NCBI RefSeq assembly: GCF_016432865.1
Contig: NC_067403.1
Coordinates: 245,458,001-245,522,000, forward strand
Source: Antechinus flavipes
Taxonomy: Eukaryota
DNA length: 64,000 nt
Reading direction: 5' to 3'
The translations under genes were made by a program, and so were the position numbers. This document shows positions 35,481-48,780 of this stretch, one piece after another (positions within the stretch are counted from its first letter, which is position 1; each line of letters begins with the position of its first letter). The notes under the pieces are model-generated. The model made no database searches. It had not been told where the DNA came from and worked only from the letters and a program-made list of their open reading frames with translations.

Positions 35481-35589
35481 AAAAAAAATAATAATGATGA
35501 ATTGGTTGATTGATTAAAAAAGGAATTTAACAGCTCCTTCTGACTAATCCTACAGCTCTACTACTACTGACTAATCCTACTATTATTTA

Positions 35590-36125
35590 TTTCTATTATT
35601 GTTACATAAGAAATACTGAGCAGACTGATTTCAGAAAAAGCCTGGAAAGATTTACATGAACTTATGCTGAGTAAAGTGAGCAGAAATAAGAGACCATCAT
35701 ATATAGCAACAAGTTTATGTTATGATCAACTGGCTCTTTTCAGTAGTGAGGTGAAGAATCAAGACAATTCTGACTTGTGATGGAAAGTCCCAACTGCATT
35801 TACAGAGACAACTAGGGAGACTGAGTATGGATCAAAGCATAGCATTTTCACCTGTGCTGTTGTTTGTTCATTTGTTTTCTTTCTCATGCTTTTTTTTTTT
35901 TTTTTCCCTTTTTGATCTGATTTTTCTTGTGTAGCACGACCAATATGAAAATATATTTCGAAGAAGTAAACATTTATAACCTATATTGAATTGCTAAATC
36001 TCTTGGTGAGGGAAAGGGAAAGAAAATTTTGGAGTACAAGGTTTTTGCAAGGGAGAATGTTGAAAACTGTCTTTGCATGTATATGAAAAAAAGTAAAATG
36101 CTATTAAGAAAAAAAGAAAAGAAAG
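35590..36125 (+). mobile_element. L1 3' end; longer copies at 46445-47195 and 58575-59645
   Basis: gatttcagaaaaagcctggaaagatttacatgaac...gaaaactgtctttgcatgtata L1 3' UTR. Confidence 0.8.
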
Positions 36126-36769
36126 CCACTGCTCCTGAGTGAATGTCAGAACTCTCTAGGGCCCTAAGGATTCATCTAGTATGAACTCAGAAACAAATGA
36201 CATCAAATGAGACATCCAAATTTTGGACCAGGTCTGAGTAGGCTTACCAAGTTGTTGTTATTGTTGTGTTTTTGTTTTTGTTTTTGTCCCCCCCCCCCCT
36301 TCCAATCTCCTTTTGTTATGTGCCCAACCACCATAGAGTGGTGTTGAAATTTTTTCCCTCTACATTTTTGTCAATCCCCATGCTGGCCTCCTCCCGCCAA
36401 CTTCTGAGACCCTTTCATATATATTTGACTTACTGACAAACTGGTATAAAAGCCCCAAACCAGTACCAGGCAAGACCAGCAGTGACAGAAACAAAGGAAT
36501 CCTTGAAAAAATCTTAGAGGAAAAAGAGGTACTGCTGGACTATGTCTAGCTCTTCAATTGAAGAAAACATGAATAAGTGCAGAAAATTTCAACATATGGA
36601 CTGAATGTGAAAACAAAGAAGCCTGAATGGTGTCTCCACCTAAGATGCAGAGAATTTTTTATTTGCATAATATCTTCCTCCACCCAGCTACCATACCAGC
36701 ATCTGATTACCATTTAGGTATAAACATTTTATCTAATCTTAAATATATTTGTTATATCAATACTCATAG

Positions 36770-36945
36770 TCTAAGATTCTTAATGTTTTCATGTGTCATA
36801 AAATCTTTTGGCAATTTAGTGAAGCTAATGCATTTTTTATAAACTAAAAATGTTTAACATATAAATGTAAGATGACATAGGAAATAGTATTCACAGATTA
36901 GAAATAGAAATAGTTTAAATGATTCCAAGTTAAGACCACTGGCCT
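36770..36945. mobile_element. hAT-Charlie-like relic; homologs near 8540-8740 and 60605-60780
   Basis: Ends aagattcttaa and gttaagaccactg. Confidence 0.45.
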
Positions 36946-37967
36946 AGATTTTGATTAAATTCAACCATTCACAAATTTATATATAAACTATAGTCATAAT
37001 TGAGGTTAAGTTGAACTCTTTTAATCACAATTTGTAGTTTTAAAAAGGAAAGGTTCTACACAATCCTCTTGCAACTAGCCATTAATGAGATCTGTTCATC
37101 AGAATACAATATTCAATGACTGTTTGATAACTGGAATGATAAGTAGCCCCAAAGAAAGACTGGCAGTGACAAGAACAAAGAATTCACTGAAAAGATCCTA
37201 GATTAAAAGGAGATATTCCTGCCCCAAAGCTGGTTCCTGAAGAGGAGAGATTATAACTCTGTTAGGTAATTGAAAGTTATGTAGTGAGTGGGTCAATAAG
37301 ACATTTGAATTAAAATACCTGTTTAAGTGATAACTGCTTCTATCTTGCCACTTGCTACTAAACAAACATCTGATGACTGTTTAGTTCAAGTTCAAGTTAA
37401 CCTCCAACCTAGTGGCCAGATCTAATGAGAATATTATAAGATTTCTGAGATATAGCTCAGTCCAGGGAAACCTATCAATGGACACAATTGAAAAGACCAG
37501 AATGGTGATTACCATGCTGAAACTAAACACTGCCCCAAGCCATGATCGTGCTTTCTGTCTTTATCACCTCTGTTGCCTAATTCAATTTTAACTGTTGCTT
37601 GCATGTATGTTTGCCTGCTTAAGAGGAATAAACACATGCCTAAAACCTAACTCTTTCTTATGGACATACAACTGAATATGAAAATATTAGATAAATTATT
37701 GATTCACAAATATTAATTTACTAAATGATAGTAAAGTTCAGATAGCAAGCAGAAGGGAGCAATCAAGGAAGGAAGGGGAAGAGAGAGCAACAATAAGAGT
37801 AAATAAGAAATATTTAGCATGAGACCAATTAGAGTGGGATATAGGAAAGCTAAGACTGAGTCATTGCATCAGATTTTTCTATGTGTTAAAAATAATTCCT
37901 GGCAATAGTCCACAAGGAAAAAGTGTTGTACATATAACAACACCAATTCCCAAACTCTTTTAAAGAT

Positions 37968-38216
37968 ATTCCTTTGGGGAGCAGGATGATGTGAAAAGAG
38001 GCCTTACAGTTGAGTCCCTGGTATTCCTTTGTTTCCCTTGGGAAGATGTCATACATTTGAGATTTTTTGTTTCTGAATTACATAAGGTAGGAGACATGTA
38101 TTTCATTATTAAAAGAGGTCTTCGGAGGCTTCAGGAAATGAGCAAAAACCCTAGCAAGATCCATGGGGCTAGGCCATATGAGTTCTGAGCAGAGATTTTC
38201 TCCTCAGCAGGTATAT
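37968..38216 (+). promoter_or_regulatory. Candidate OR promoter and exon 1 donor for gene 4
   Basis: O/E TCCCTTGGGA 38034-38043; donor GT at 38211. Confidence 0.6.
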
Positions 38217-41200
38217 GTACTATCCCACTGTACTTGTTTCTGATTTGTTATTATTATTATTAGTAGTAGTAATAGTAGTAATAGCATTTATTATTTAGCA
38301 TGTTCATTATTATTAGTTGAAAAATGTAATCAAAATCAAAATAATTTTCAATGTGCTAAAAAGGCTACTATTATGCTGCATAGACAGCCATTTAAAGTTT
38401 AGAATGTTAGTTCTGTGTACATTTTGTTTGGATAAATCCTAGAATTGAGCACAGTTGAAATTCTTCTTCATAAAATGTTATGATCTTAAAATAGAAAAAA
38501 AAAAATAGCTGTGGAGCCTTTACTATTTTTATCTGGAGCATTTTTTTCCAGTGCTGTACCAGATTTCTTTCAATGATTCTACAACTCTTATTCATACTCT
38601 GAGAGTGTTGTCTGGGATACTGGGATGTTAATCAGTTCAGGATGAATCACATGGCTAATCCAAGACAGGGACCACAACATAAACATTTTTTTAGGTCTTG
38701 AGTAGCAGTTCCCACAGCAGATTCATGCATGGAAAAAGCAGGTCTTACTTTGTTCTGTGAGAATGGTTTCCAAGTTAATTGTCTCAAATCTTAAGGGTCA
38801 TTGAGGCTTGTGATAATTCAGTGGGTACAGAACCAGAGTTACTATGGCAGTAACAGGAGTAAAGTTGGTTACAAGAAACAGGAATTGTGAGCATGACAAA
38901 AAAAAAAAAAAAATATGATGAATCACTTTAGGCTTATTCATCCCTCAGCAAAGTCTGGTTAAAGGACTACATCTTGACAGAAGAGGAACTCATCCAGAGC
39001 CCAAATGATTGTTGTTATGCCAAGCTGAAGTTCCAGCCTGCTTGTTGGTCTTTCATGTAGAAACAGGGTGTCGCCAAATAATTTGTGACAATATTAAACA
39101 GGAAGATGAAAACTGAATATTGTTAAATGCAAAACAGTTGACATCACAGTAGGACTTCTTAAACTTCTACTTGTGAATACTAATCACCTGAGAAAATTTT
39201 TAATGACCCCAAGTAAATAAATATGTGAAATAGGTATCCAAATCAAACAATTTCAGATAATAAATAATAATTTGACAAGCTTCAAGTTGAGTTATGAGTT
39301 GCCATATTGGCCCACAGTTTAAGAAGGTGGGCGCTAGAGGATTGAGTATTTGGAAACAAATAACAAACAACTCATTTAACAATTCCTAGGTGAAAAGAGT
39401 CATGAAGTTTTTGCTAGTTCAATATAAATTATCTGAGTTGGAGAAATAGTTGAATTAAAGTCTTCCTTCTATTCAAGAGAATATGCTATTAATGGATGGT
39501 TTTGTAGATATTATATGAAGATTAAAGGTGTTTGAAGGTAGAATTTTATGAGCTTATTCTGAATGTTCTGATGATTAAAGATTTGAATTATCTGGGATGC
39601 GTGGGTAAAAACAGTTCGTTCCACAGATGATGACAGATAATGTTATAAAGGAATCTGTGATAATTCTCCTAATACCTACTTAACTCTTTCCTGTTACAAT
39701 AATTTATTGCATTCCATAATATAATTATTTCTTATCTCAAACTACAGTAAAGTGGCCTGTTAAGACAAGAAAAAATAGACCATCTAAAATGATATACCTT
39801 CTATTTAGAGATTTGGGGTCAAGACAGAGGATGAACATTTCCACTTTTCTGAGAATAAACACAATGAATATGTAGTAAGAGTCGAAATCTTCATAAGGAA
39901 ATAGAATTTTACAACTAGGAAGGTCATTGTAGTGACACTGGGGAATAATATCAGAAGTACTGAGTAAAGTTAGTTATCTACTATATCACTAGAAAGGAGG
40001 GATTAAAGACGAATTTCAGCTTTGATATGACTTGATCAGGACCTTTTCTTGGGTCTCAATATCTTCTTGGATTTCTGCTGATCTATCTCTTTGTACTTTT
40101 GATTAGCCTTTGATTAAAGTTGAACTCATTGGGACTTGGCAGAATAAATCTAATCCCTCAACACAGGACACTGGTGGGACTGTTGAGACTTTGATCTTTT
40201 TTTTTGTTTGTTTGTTTTTTTGTTTTTTTTTTTTGTTTGTTTGTTTTGTTTTTGTTTTTGTTTTTGTTTATTTTTTCAGTGAGTATATTGTGTCAGAGAG
40301 AAACTTGAAAACATATTTTTTCCAAATGTCCTTTGAATGTCAGTCTCTTTGGATTTATCAATGCAAGGTGGATACTTAAAGAAACAAACACACACCCTAT
40401 GATGTATTTTATTTGATCATATTCACCATCATTTTAGTTTCAATATTGCCTAAACTTTGAACAAAATTTAAGTCACAATCATGCCTTTATAATATCTTCT
40501 GGAATCCAGGTTTAAACTGTGGACTCAAAATACTGCAGCTTATCACAAATGAGATAATTTAGCTTCTTTTTTCTATCAGTCAATAATTTACAGAAGCTCA
40601 GAAAATACTTTCTTCTTAGAATCAATTGAATGGATTCCAAGTTGTAAATTCATCTCACCTTGGACTCTACTTGAAAAACTCTCAGATTCCACAAATAAGT
40701 CATTTTAGTTTAGAAATTTAATTTTTAGCATAATTTACCTTAATTTTACCAAGATTTCCACTTCTACTTCTCTCTCTATATATTTTTTCTTAGAATTAGT
40801 GTTCCTTCTTGTACTTTGCATGGAGCTAGAATCAGTATTGCGCAAGGATATGAATTGGCTTTCAAAAGAAAGAAATATATAAATAGATTTTAAATTTAAC
40901 CTGCATTATTGTTATTTTCTATATGTACAAGCATTTCTACTCATATGAAAAAAAAATGTTCTATATCATTATTGACTATAGAAATGTAAATTGAGATACC
41001 TCTGAGATACCACTATACACCTCTTAGATTAGCTAATATGGCAGTAAAAGATAATGATAAATGTTGGAGGGGAAGTAGGGAAATTGGGACACAAATAAAT
41101 TACTGATGGAGTTGTGAAGTGATCCAACTATTTTGAAGAACAATTTGAAACTATGCTCAAATGGCTATCAAACTATGCATTCCCTTTGATCTAGCAGTCT

Positions 41201-42910
41201 CTTCACTGGGTCTGTATCCCAAATACATCAAAAAAAGAAAAAAAGAAAATGAAAAAGACCCACATGTACAAAAATGTTTGTAGCATCCCTTTTTGTAGTG
41301 GCAAGGAACTGGAAACTGAGTGATTGTCTATCAGTTGGGAAATGAATGCTGAAGACTTTATGATATGTGACCATTCTATAAGTAATTATCAACAGGCTGA
41401 TTTTAGAAAGGCCTGGCAAGATTTACATAAATTGATGGTTAGTGTAGTGAATAGAACTAAGAGAACACTGTACCCAGAAAAAACAACATTATGTCATTAT
41501 CAACTATGATGCCCTTAGATCTTTTCAATCATAAGATGATTATTGTCAATATGCCATATGCATCCAGAAAGAGGATTATGGGGATTGAATGTAGCTCACA
41601 GTTTAGTATTTTTATTGTTGTTTGCTTGCTTTTTTCCCCTCTCTCTCCCTCTCACTCTCTCTTCTTTTACTGTTTTGAACTGATTTTTTTTTCTTGTGTA
41701 GCATGTTAAAGGAACAAATATGTTTAGAAGAATTGCTCAGGCTTAACCTATATTTATATATAGGCTTAACCTATATTTATATATTTAACCTATACTTTAG
41801 GGAAGGAGAATTAAAAGAAAGGAAGGAGAAAAATTGGAATAAAATGTTTTGCAATTGCAAATGTTGAAAACTATATTTACATGTATTTTAAAAATAGATT
41901 TTAATTTTTTAATTGTACCCAGGCATTAAACAAACTTGGAGTTTGATCAGGACAGAGAGAGTGGCTCTTCTTATAATTAAATCTTAAAATTATGTTCAAT
42001 TAATCCAGTCTAATAATTTATTTATTTTATAAGTATTCATATGACTACAATGGAATTGATATCAAGTATGAATTTATTAAAATCCTCAGATGATATTCCC
42101 CATGACAATTGTCTTAAGAAATCGCAAGACTAATATTTAATTTTTTGATTGATTTTCTCAGAAGAGAGATGTTTGTTCAAGAAAAAAATGGTTAAGAGAC
42201 TTCTGTGTGTCAAGATCTTTTCTAATTGCTGGGTACATTAAAAAAATAAAATTAAAATGCTCAGTTAATGAGGAAACATGAAAACCATTGTGTATAAGCA
42301 AAATATGACAATGAATTATAGATAAATAGGGGAGATGGGGTTCTGAAATCAAGGGGAATTGGGAATGGCTTTCTAAAAAAATAACTTGAATTTAAGTAAA
42401 GTGACTAATAACTATTTTATCATTTTCTATAAACCTAGCCTATTTCTAATATATTTGAGAAATACAAAGGTAAATTAAATTTTCATCGTATGCAATTATT
42501 CATTTTCTTAACTTAATGGTCAGATACTTAGGTGTGGAAGACTCCTGACATTACTCTCATTTGTCTAGCTAGCTATGGGTAGAAAATTTGTATTCAATTT
42601 GTATTTTGAATTTAATATTTATTGTTAACATTTCCCTCCATTTTAAAATCTAGACATTCAACAACATAATAAATTTTTAAAATTTCCTTAATTTCTCTTT
42701 TTTGCTAATTCCAAGATATGAATTTTCACTAAAAAAATTTGCCAATCAGTTCTTTTGAACCGATTTCAAAACCTCAGGAAACAGATAAAATATCTTTCCA
42801 ATTTTAAGACAGCCTTTTCCAAACAATTAAAAATAACAATATTTAATCCGGAAATATAACAGTTTACTTAAGTTGCACTTTCATGGAAATCATTCTTTGC
42901 ATTCTAAACT

Positions 42911-43043
42911 ATTTTCTCATTTAATTTCATAGCAGATAAAAGTGATCAAACATGTTTCAGGAAATCTCTCCCATGTGAGCACATTCATTCTCATTGGAGT
43001 CTCTAAGCATCCAGAGCTTCAACTTCCTCTCTTCTTCATCTTC
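42911..43043 (+). pseudogene. OR 5' stub upstream of gene 4
   Basis: Same stub; TAGCAG retained, ATA at 42936, ATG at 42952. Confidence 0.9.
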
Positions 43044-43348
43044 AATTTCATAAGTCTATATAATTTACAAAATCATAAATCTTATACTTGCTAATTTCCA
43101 AAATGTACATTCTCACACTCAAAATTTAACAGTCAACTCTTTGAACACATCTCAATAATCTAGAAATCAGAAAAAAAAAAAATCTGTCTAAATCTTATGC
43201 AGGATTTTCAAAAGAGTTAAAAAGAAAAAAAAAAGCTTAATCTTAGGATATAGTGATTTATTACAGTGGTTGCAACTTCTGGCAAATCAGCTTTGGCCTT
43301 CTAAACTCTTTTCCTTTTTATTCCCATAGCAGATGAAATCAATCAAAA

Positions 43349-44296
43349 ATGTTTCAAGGAAATCTCTCTCATGTGACCACATTCATTCTCATTGGAGTCT
43401 CAGAAAATCCAGAGCTTCAACTTCCCCTCTTCTTCATCTTCTTTGCAATCTATGGAGTGACCGTGACTGGAAATGTGGGAATCATCACACTCACTAGTAT
43501 AGATTCTCAACTTCAAACTCCCATGTACTTTTTCCTCAGACACTTGGCAATCATCAATCTTGGCAATTCTACTGTCATTGCTCCCCAGATGCTGGTTAAT
43601 TTCTTGCTGGAGAAGAAAACCATTTCCTACTATGGATGTGTAATCCAACATGCAGGCTTCTTAGTTTTCATAGTTGCTGAGGTTTTCATGTTGGCTGCTA
43701 TGGCCTATGACCGCTATGTGGCTATTTGTAATCCCCTGTTATATATGGTTGTGGTATCACGGAAGGTTTGCATCCTACTTGTCATCCTCATATATATTTA
43801 TGGCTTCTTAACATCAGTGACAGTTACCTCTTGTGTTTTCTCAATGTCCTACTGTTCTTCCAATGTCATTAATCATTTTTACTGTGACAATATCCCTTTG
43901 TTAGCGTTATCTTGCTCTTCTACTCATATACCAGTGACTATAGTCTATATCACTGCAGCTATCAATCTCTTCGTTTCCTTGACAATTATCCTGATATCCT
44001 ACTTCCAGATCATCTTGGCCATCCTGAGGATACGTTCAGCAGAAGGAAGAAAGAAAGCCTTTTCCACTTGTGCTTCCCATATGACAGCTGTCACTATTTT
44101 CTATGGGACACTTCTTTTTATGTATGTGCAGCCCCAGTCAAACCATTCCTTAGATACTGACAAAATGGCTTCAGTGTTTTATACACTAGTAATCCCTATG
44201 TTAAATCCTTTGATATATAGTCTGAGGAACAAGGATGTGAAGGAGGCTCTGAAGAGAGTTCTTACTAACTCTTGCCAAACTTTTAAAAACCTGTAA
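43349..44296 (+). CDS. OR8J3: Olfactory receptor OR8J3-like (gene 4, type B), 315 aa
   Basis: Intact ORF with all OR motifs. Confidence 0.95.
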   Translation: MFQGNLSHVTTFILIGVSENPELQLPLFFIFFAIYGVTVTGNVGIITLTSIDSQLQTPMYFFLRHLAIINLGNSTVIAPQMLVNFLLEKKTISYYGCVIQHAGFLVFIVAEVFMLAAMAYDRYVAICNPLLYMVVVSRKVCILLVILIYIYGFLTSVTVTSCVFSMSYCSSNVINHFYCDNIPLLALSCSSTHIPVTIVYITAAINLFVSLTIILISYFQIILAILRIRSAEGRKKAFSTCASHMTAVTIFYGTLLFMYVQPQSNHSLDTDKMASVFYTLVIPMLNPLIYSLRNKDVKEALKRVLTNSCQTFKNL

Positions 44297-44554
44297 TTTG
44301 ATAAACATTTGTGAAAATGAAGAGATTCACAATCTGAAGTATCATCTCTCAAATTATGATTGTTATCCATCTAAATATAATTCACCATATGGCCCTTTGT
44401 TTATGATAATCTTCTTGGTCTTTGTAATAATCAGATCACTGGTTTAAAGCATGTGATTTATTTTAAATTCTTGTTAAACATCTACAGGTCATCTGCAACA
44501 AAGCCTTTTTTTTTCCCCATCTCGCCACCATTGAGGCATATAACTCTGCTACTA

Positions 44555-45076
44555 CTATGGGTTTGATCATTATAGAGCAGTTTTTTCAACATAGCTACAA
44601 TTTTAATTTCCATGATTTTTGATATCATTGAGCATTATTAAAACATTAAAAAAATTCAAAATTTAGATAAGAAAATATTCATTGAATATAACATTGATGT
44701 TCACAAAAATCACTCTTTCCCATATTCACTTTGAGATCATTTTTGATATTTGAGACCATTCCACTTAATTTTATTGATAAGTTTTAATATATTAACACCA
44801 CCAAATTGATAAAATGTATTTTTGGCACAGGGAAGGCAATAGCTCTCCAGAGCACTAATGTAATGTACTTTTTGCTCCTTCTTTTGTGATGTGAATATCA
44901 GAAAAGGAAATGTACAGGAATGGAAGGATATCACAGAAGGTATATCCAATTAAATTGCATACATAAAAAGATAAACTAAATGTAGCCACAGTGTGCAAAA
45001 TGTTATGGAAAACACCTCCTCTGTATCAAAGAATGATACATCTCATAGACTCATGGAATCATGATGAGCTGTGCAG
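44555..45076 (-). pseudogene. OR5T: 3' half of OR5T-like pseudogene, unit 4 copy
   Basis: Near-identical paralog of 33645-34165. ORF 44737..44949 starts with DIPSVISFHS, a degenerate DIPPLL. Confidence 0.75.
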
Positions 45077-48000
45077 AATTAAGAATAAGAGATGCATATA
45101 TCTGGAAAAAGGGAAAGGGAGAAGTGGAATCGTGCTATAAAATAAGAGGCTGGAATAAGCTTTTACACTGGAAGGGAAGAGGGAGAGAAGAGGAGGAGTG
45201 AGTAAACTTTACTATCATTGCAATTGGCTCAAATAGGAAATAACATAGATGCGCAATAGAAATATTTCTTATCATGCAGGGGAATAGGAAAAGAATGGAT
45301 ATTTGAGGGGGGAGGGTAATAAAGAGATCATATGGGGGGAGAGATTGTTCAGAACAGAACACTTTTGGGAGGGAAAGAGTGAAAGAGCGAATAATGGGGG
45401 GAATACAATTTGCAATAGTAATTGTTAAAAAAAAATAGAAGCAAGTTTCTATGATAATGCCTCGTTTCTCAAACATAGATGAAACTGAGTCAAAATTACA
45501 TAAAAAAATAAGAGCCATGCCCTAATTGATAAATGATCAAAAGATATGATCTGTACCCAAAGGGATGTAGATTTATGCATATAATCTGGCCTAATAACAC
45601 CACCAAGAATGAACCAAAAGAAATTTGGGGGTATGGAATGAGGGGTAAAGAAAATGACCTATATAAAAAAAATATTCATGGTAATTCTCTTCTCAGGACA
45701 AAAAAAAATTACAAATTGAGAAGATGCCCATCAATTGGGGAATGGCTCAGTAAAACGTGGTATGTGTTTATGATGAAATATTGTTCTCTGAGACATGGTG
45801 AGCAGGATGCTCTCAGAAAAAAGTTGGCAAAACTCTCCATGAACAAAGTGAAATATAATGTATACAAAATAATAGCAATGTTCTGGGATGACCAACTGTA
45901 AATGAATTTACAGTTTTCAAGAGTACACATTCACAGCTTTTCTGAAGGACTTATCATGAAAAATCCTACCCACATCCAGAGAAGGAACTGGCTATATTGA
46001 ATATTTATTGAAGCATTCTCTCCGCCTCTGTTTCTGTCTCTGTCTCTCTGTTTCTCTCTCTCTTTTTAACTTAATTATTCTTGAAGGTATTTATTTTTTA
46101 TTAGAGTTGGAGAGGTATGTTTTCTTTCACAAGTTGACTTTTATGGAAATGTTTTGCATAATTTGACATGTGGTTTCTTAATTGTGGATGGGGATAAGGT
46201 AGAGAACCTAGAACTCAAAAATCTTAAAAAAACAATTGTAGAAAAAAAATGAATGTAACAGGGGAAAAATAATAAATAAATTATATATAATAAATATAAA
46301 TAAAATATAAATATTAAATAAACTATACATGACATAAAATAAATAAATAAATCCTTGAAATTAAAAAAAAAAATGACAAAGGAATTTAACAGATCCTTCT
46401 GACTAATCCTACAGGTCTACTACTACTGACTAATCCTACTACTCCTACTGCTCCTCAACCCAAAGGGTCATAAATTGTGCATACGCTTTGATATAGGAGT
46501 GTCACTACTGCGTCTGTATCCCAAAAAAGATCATAAAATCAGGAAAAAGACCAACAGGTGCAAAATTGTTTGTAGTAGCCTTTTAGTAATGGCAAAGAAT
46601 TGGGAACTGAGTAGATGTCTATCAGTTGGGGAATGGGTGAATAAATTATGGTATATGAATGTAATAAAATATTATTGTTTCATAAGAAATAATGAGCAGG
46701 CTGATTTCAGAAATAGCCTGGAAAGGTTCACATGAACTGATGCTGAGTAAAGTGAGCAGAAACAAGAGGCCATCATACATAGCAACAAGATTATGTGATG
46801 ATCAACTGTGATGGACCTGGCTCTTTTCAGCAGTGAGGTGAAGAATCAAGACAATTCCAACAGACTTGTGATGGAAAGTCCCAACTGCCTCCACAGAGAG
46901 AACTATGGAGACTGAGTGTGGATCAAAGCATAGCATTTTCACTTGTGCTGTTGTTTGTTCATTTGTTTTCTTTTTCATTTTTTTTTTTTACTTTTTGATC
47001 TGATTTTTCTTGTGCAGCATGACCAATATGAAAATATATTTCAAAGAAGTAAACATTTATGACCTATATTGAATTGCTAAATCTCTTGGTGAGAGAAAGG
47101 GAAAGAAAAATTTGGATCACAAGATTTTTGCAAGGGAGAAACTGTCTTTCTATGTATATGGAAAAAAGTAAAATGCTATTAAGAAAAAAGAAAAGAAAGC
47201 CACTGCTCCTGAGTGAATGTCAGAACTCTCTAGGGCCCTAAGCATTCATCTAGTATGAACTCAGAAACAAATGACATCCAAATGAGACATCCAAATTTTG
47301 GACAAGGTCTGAGTAGGCTTACCAAGTTGTTGTTATTGTTGTGTGTTTTTTTTTTTCTTTCTCCCCCCGTCCCTCTCTTTTCTTATGTGCCCAACCACCA
47401 TAGAGTGGTGTTGAAATTTTTTCCCTCTACATTTTTGTCAATCCCCATGCCGGCCTCCTCCCACCAACTTCTGAGTCCCTTTCATGCCAGAACCACTTGC
47501 CATATCTCATGATTCCCCTCAGGGTGGTAGTATTTTGCTTTACTTGTCTGATTTCTTCTATTATGTCATATATATATATATATATATATTTGTTTCTTAT
47601 AATTATCTTTCTGGGGGGCCCAGTATAGCCTGACTGTAGTTCAAAGGCATCATGTTCCAAATGTGGAATTGAAGCAATTCATGATTTTGATTAAACACCA
47701 TGTTTTCCTCTAATCTCCCTACTATGCAGAAGCCAGACTGAACTGGAAATCAGAATCAGGAGACAAATTGGGCATTCCCTAAACTGCATATATCAGAAAT
47801 GCTTTGCATATTTGCATGCTGAATCTGGAACTCACTCCCCCCAACCCATCTATGCTATATAACCAACTCAGACTACTTCATGTTGCCCCCAGCCCAGTGA
47901 CTAAAGCTGAGTTGGCCATTATACACTTTCTGAAAAACAACTTAGAACAGGGATGACCTAAGAAGACCACAAATGCAATTACCCCATACCCACCCAAAAA

Positions 48001-48079
48001 TGTGGATTCTGTTTTGACAACCTGATCAGATCACTCTGTTTATCTTTCTTAGATTGAACTGTGGAAAAGGGCTGGTTCT

Positions 48080-48230
48080 GTGTATATATGTTTAGAAGTA
48101 TATGTATTTTGCATGTATATGTATATGTGTATTATACAACACAAATATATACATGGATATACCATATACATGCATGTAAAATATATACATGTAATGTTTA
48201 TTTATGTAATATACCATATTGCATATATTC
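48080..48230. repeat. Degenerate purine-pyrimidine alternating low-complexity tract
   Basis: tgtgtatatatg/catatacatg mixture. Confidence 0.8.
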
Positions 48231-48689
48231 TTTTTAGAATGAACTTCATAAGAATTAAAAAAAATAAATTTTGTAATACACAAAGTCCATATGAAGATTT
48301 TATATGAAATTGTGGATTTGTATTATATACAATTTCTTTTAAAAAATATCCCATTTGGTCAATTTCTGCCAATACTGAAATATTTTTACTTATTCTCATT
48401 GTTATTCTCACTTTCATATCCTTCCTTCTCCTCACTTCTCCATTTGATATTTGCTGTAATTTATTAGTTGAGTTAGTTAGTTATGATATAAAAATTAACA
48501 AAACCCTATTTGTTCTAGTTGCCAAAACTTTTTTTTTTTATTTTAGAGGAGAAAAATATAGTAGCAATATGTTCACCTTGGGAATCTCTGTCCCCTCCAA
48601 TTTATTCACCCACACTCCTAGTAAAAAGCCTCTTCATATCAACAACACAGCAACATAGTGACTGAAGCAAAGCTCATTATTATTTTATC

Positions 48690-48780
48690 ATTCCAGTTAT
48701 GGCCAACTCATAGTGATCTTTTTGCATTTGGGATTTTCTTGGAAAAGTTACTAGAGTTCATTGCCATTCCCTTCTCCAAA
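48690..48780 (-). mobile_element. RTE-type or Mar1 SINE tail
   Basis: ttttcttggaaaagttactagagttcattgccattcccttctcca matches the antisense RTE tail (tttcttggcaaagatactggagtggtttgccatttccttctcca). Confidence 0.6.

Noticed and set aside
35535-35582. Short ctgactaatcctac direct repeats (also 46400 and 58520) as a possible CRISPR-like or regulatory array
   Set aside because: There are only two copies per unit with ctact slippage, at an L1 5' junction in a mammalian genome.
39194-39206. AAATTTTTAATGA, resembling the H/P-element 13-mer AACTTTTTAATGA
   Set aside because: It sits inside a hAT relic, is not conserved in the paralogous copies (11090, 28085, 51345), and is expected by chance in AT-rich DNA.
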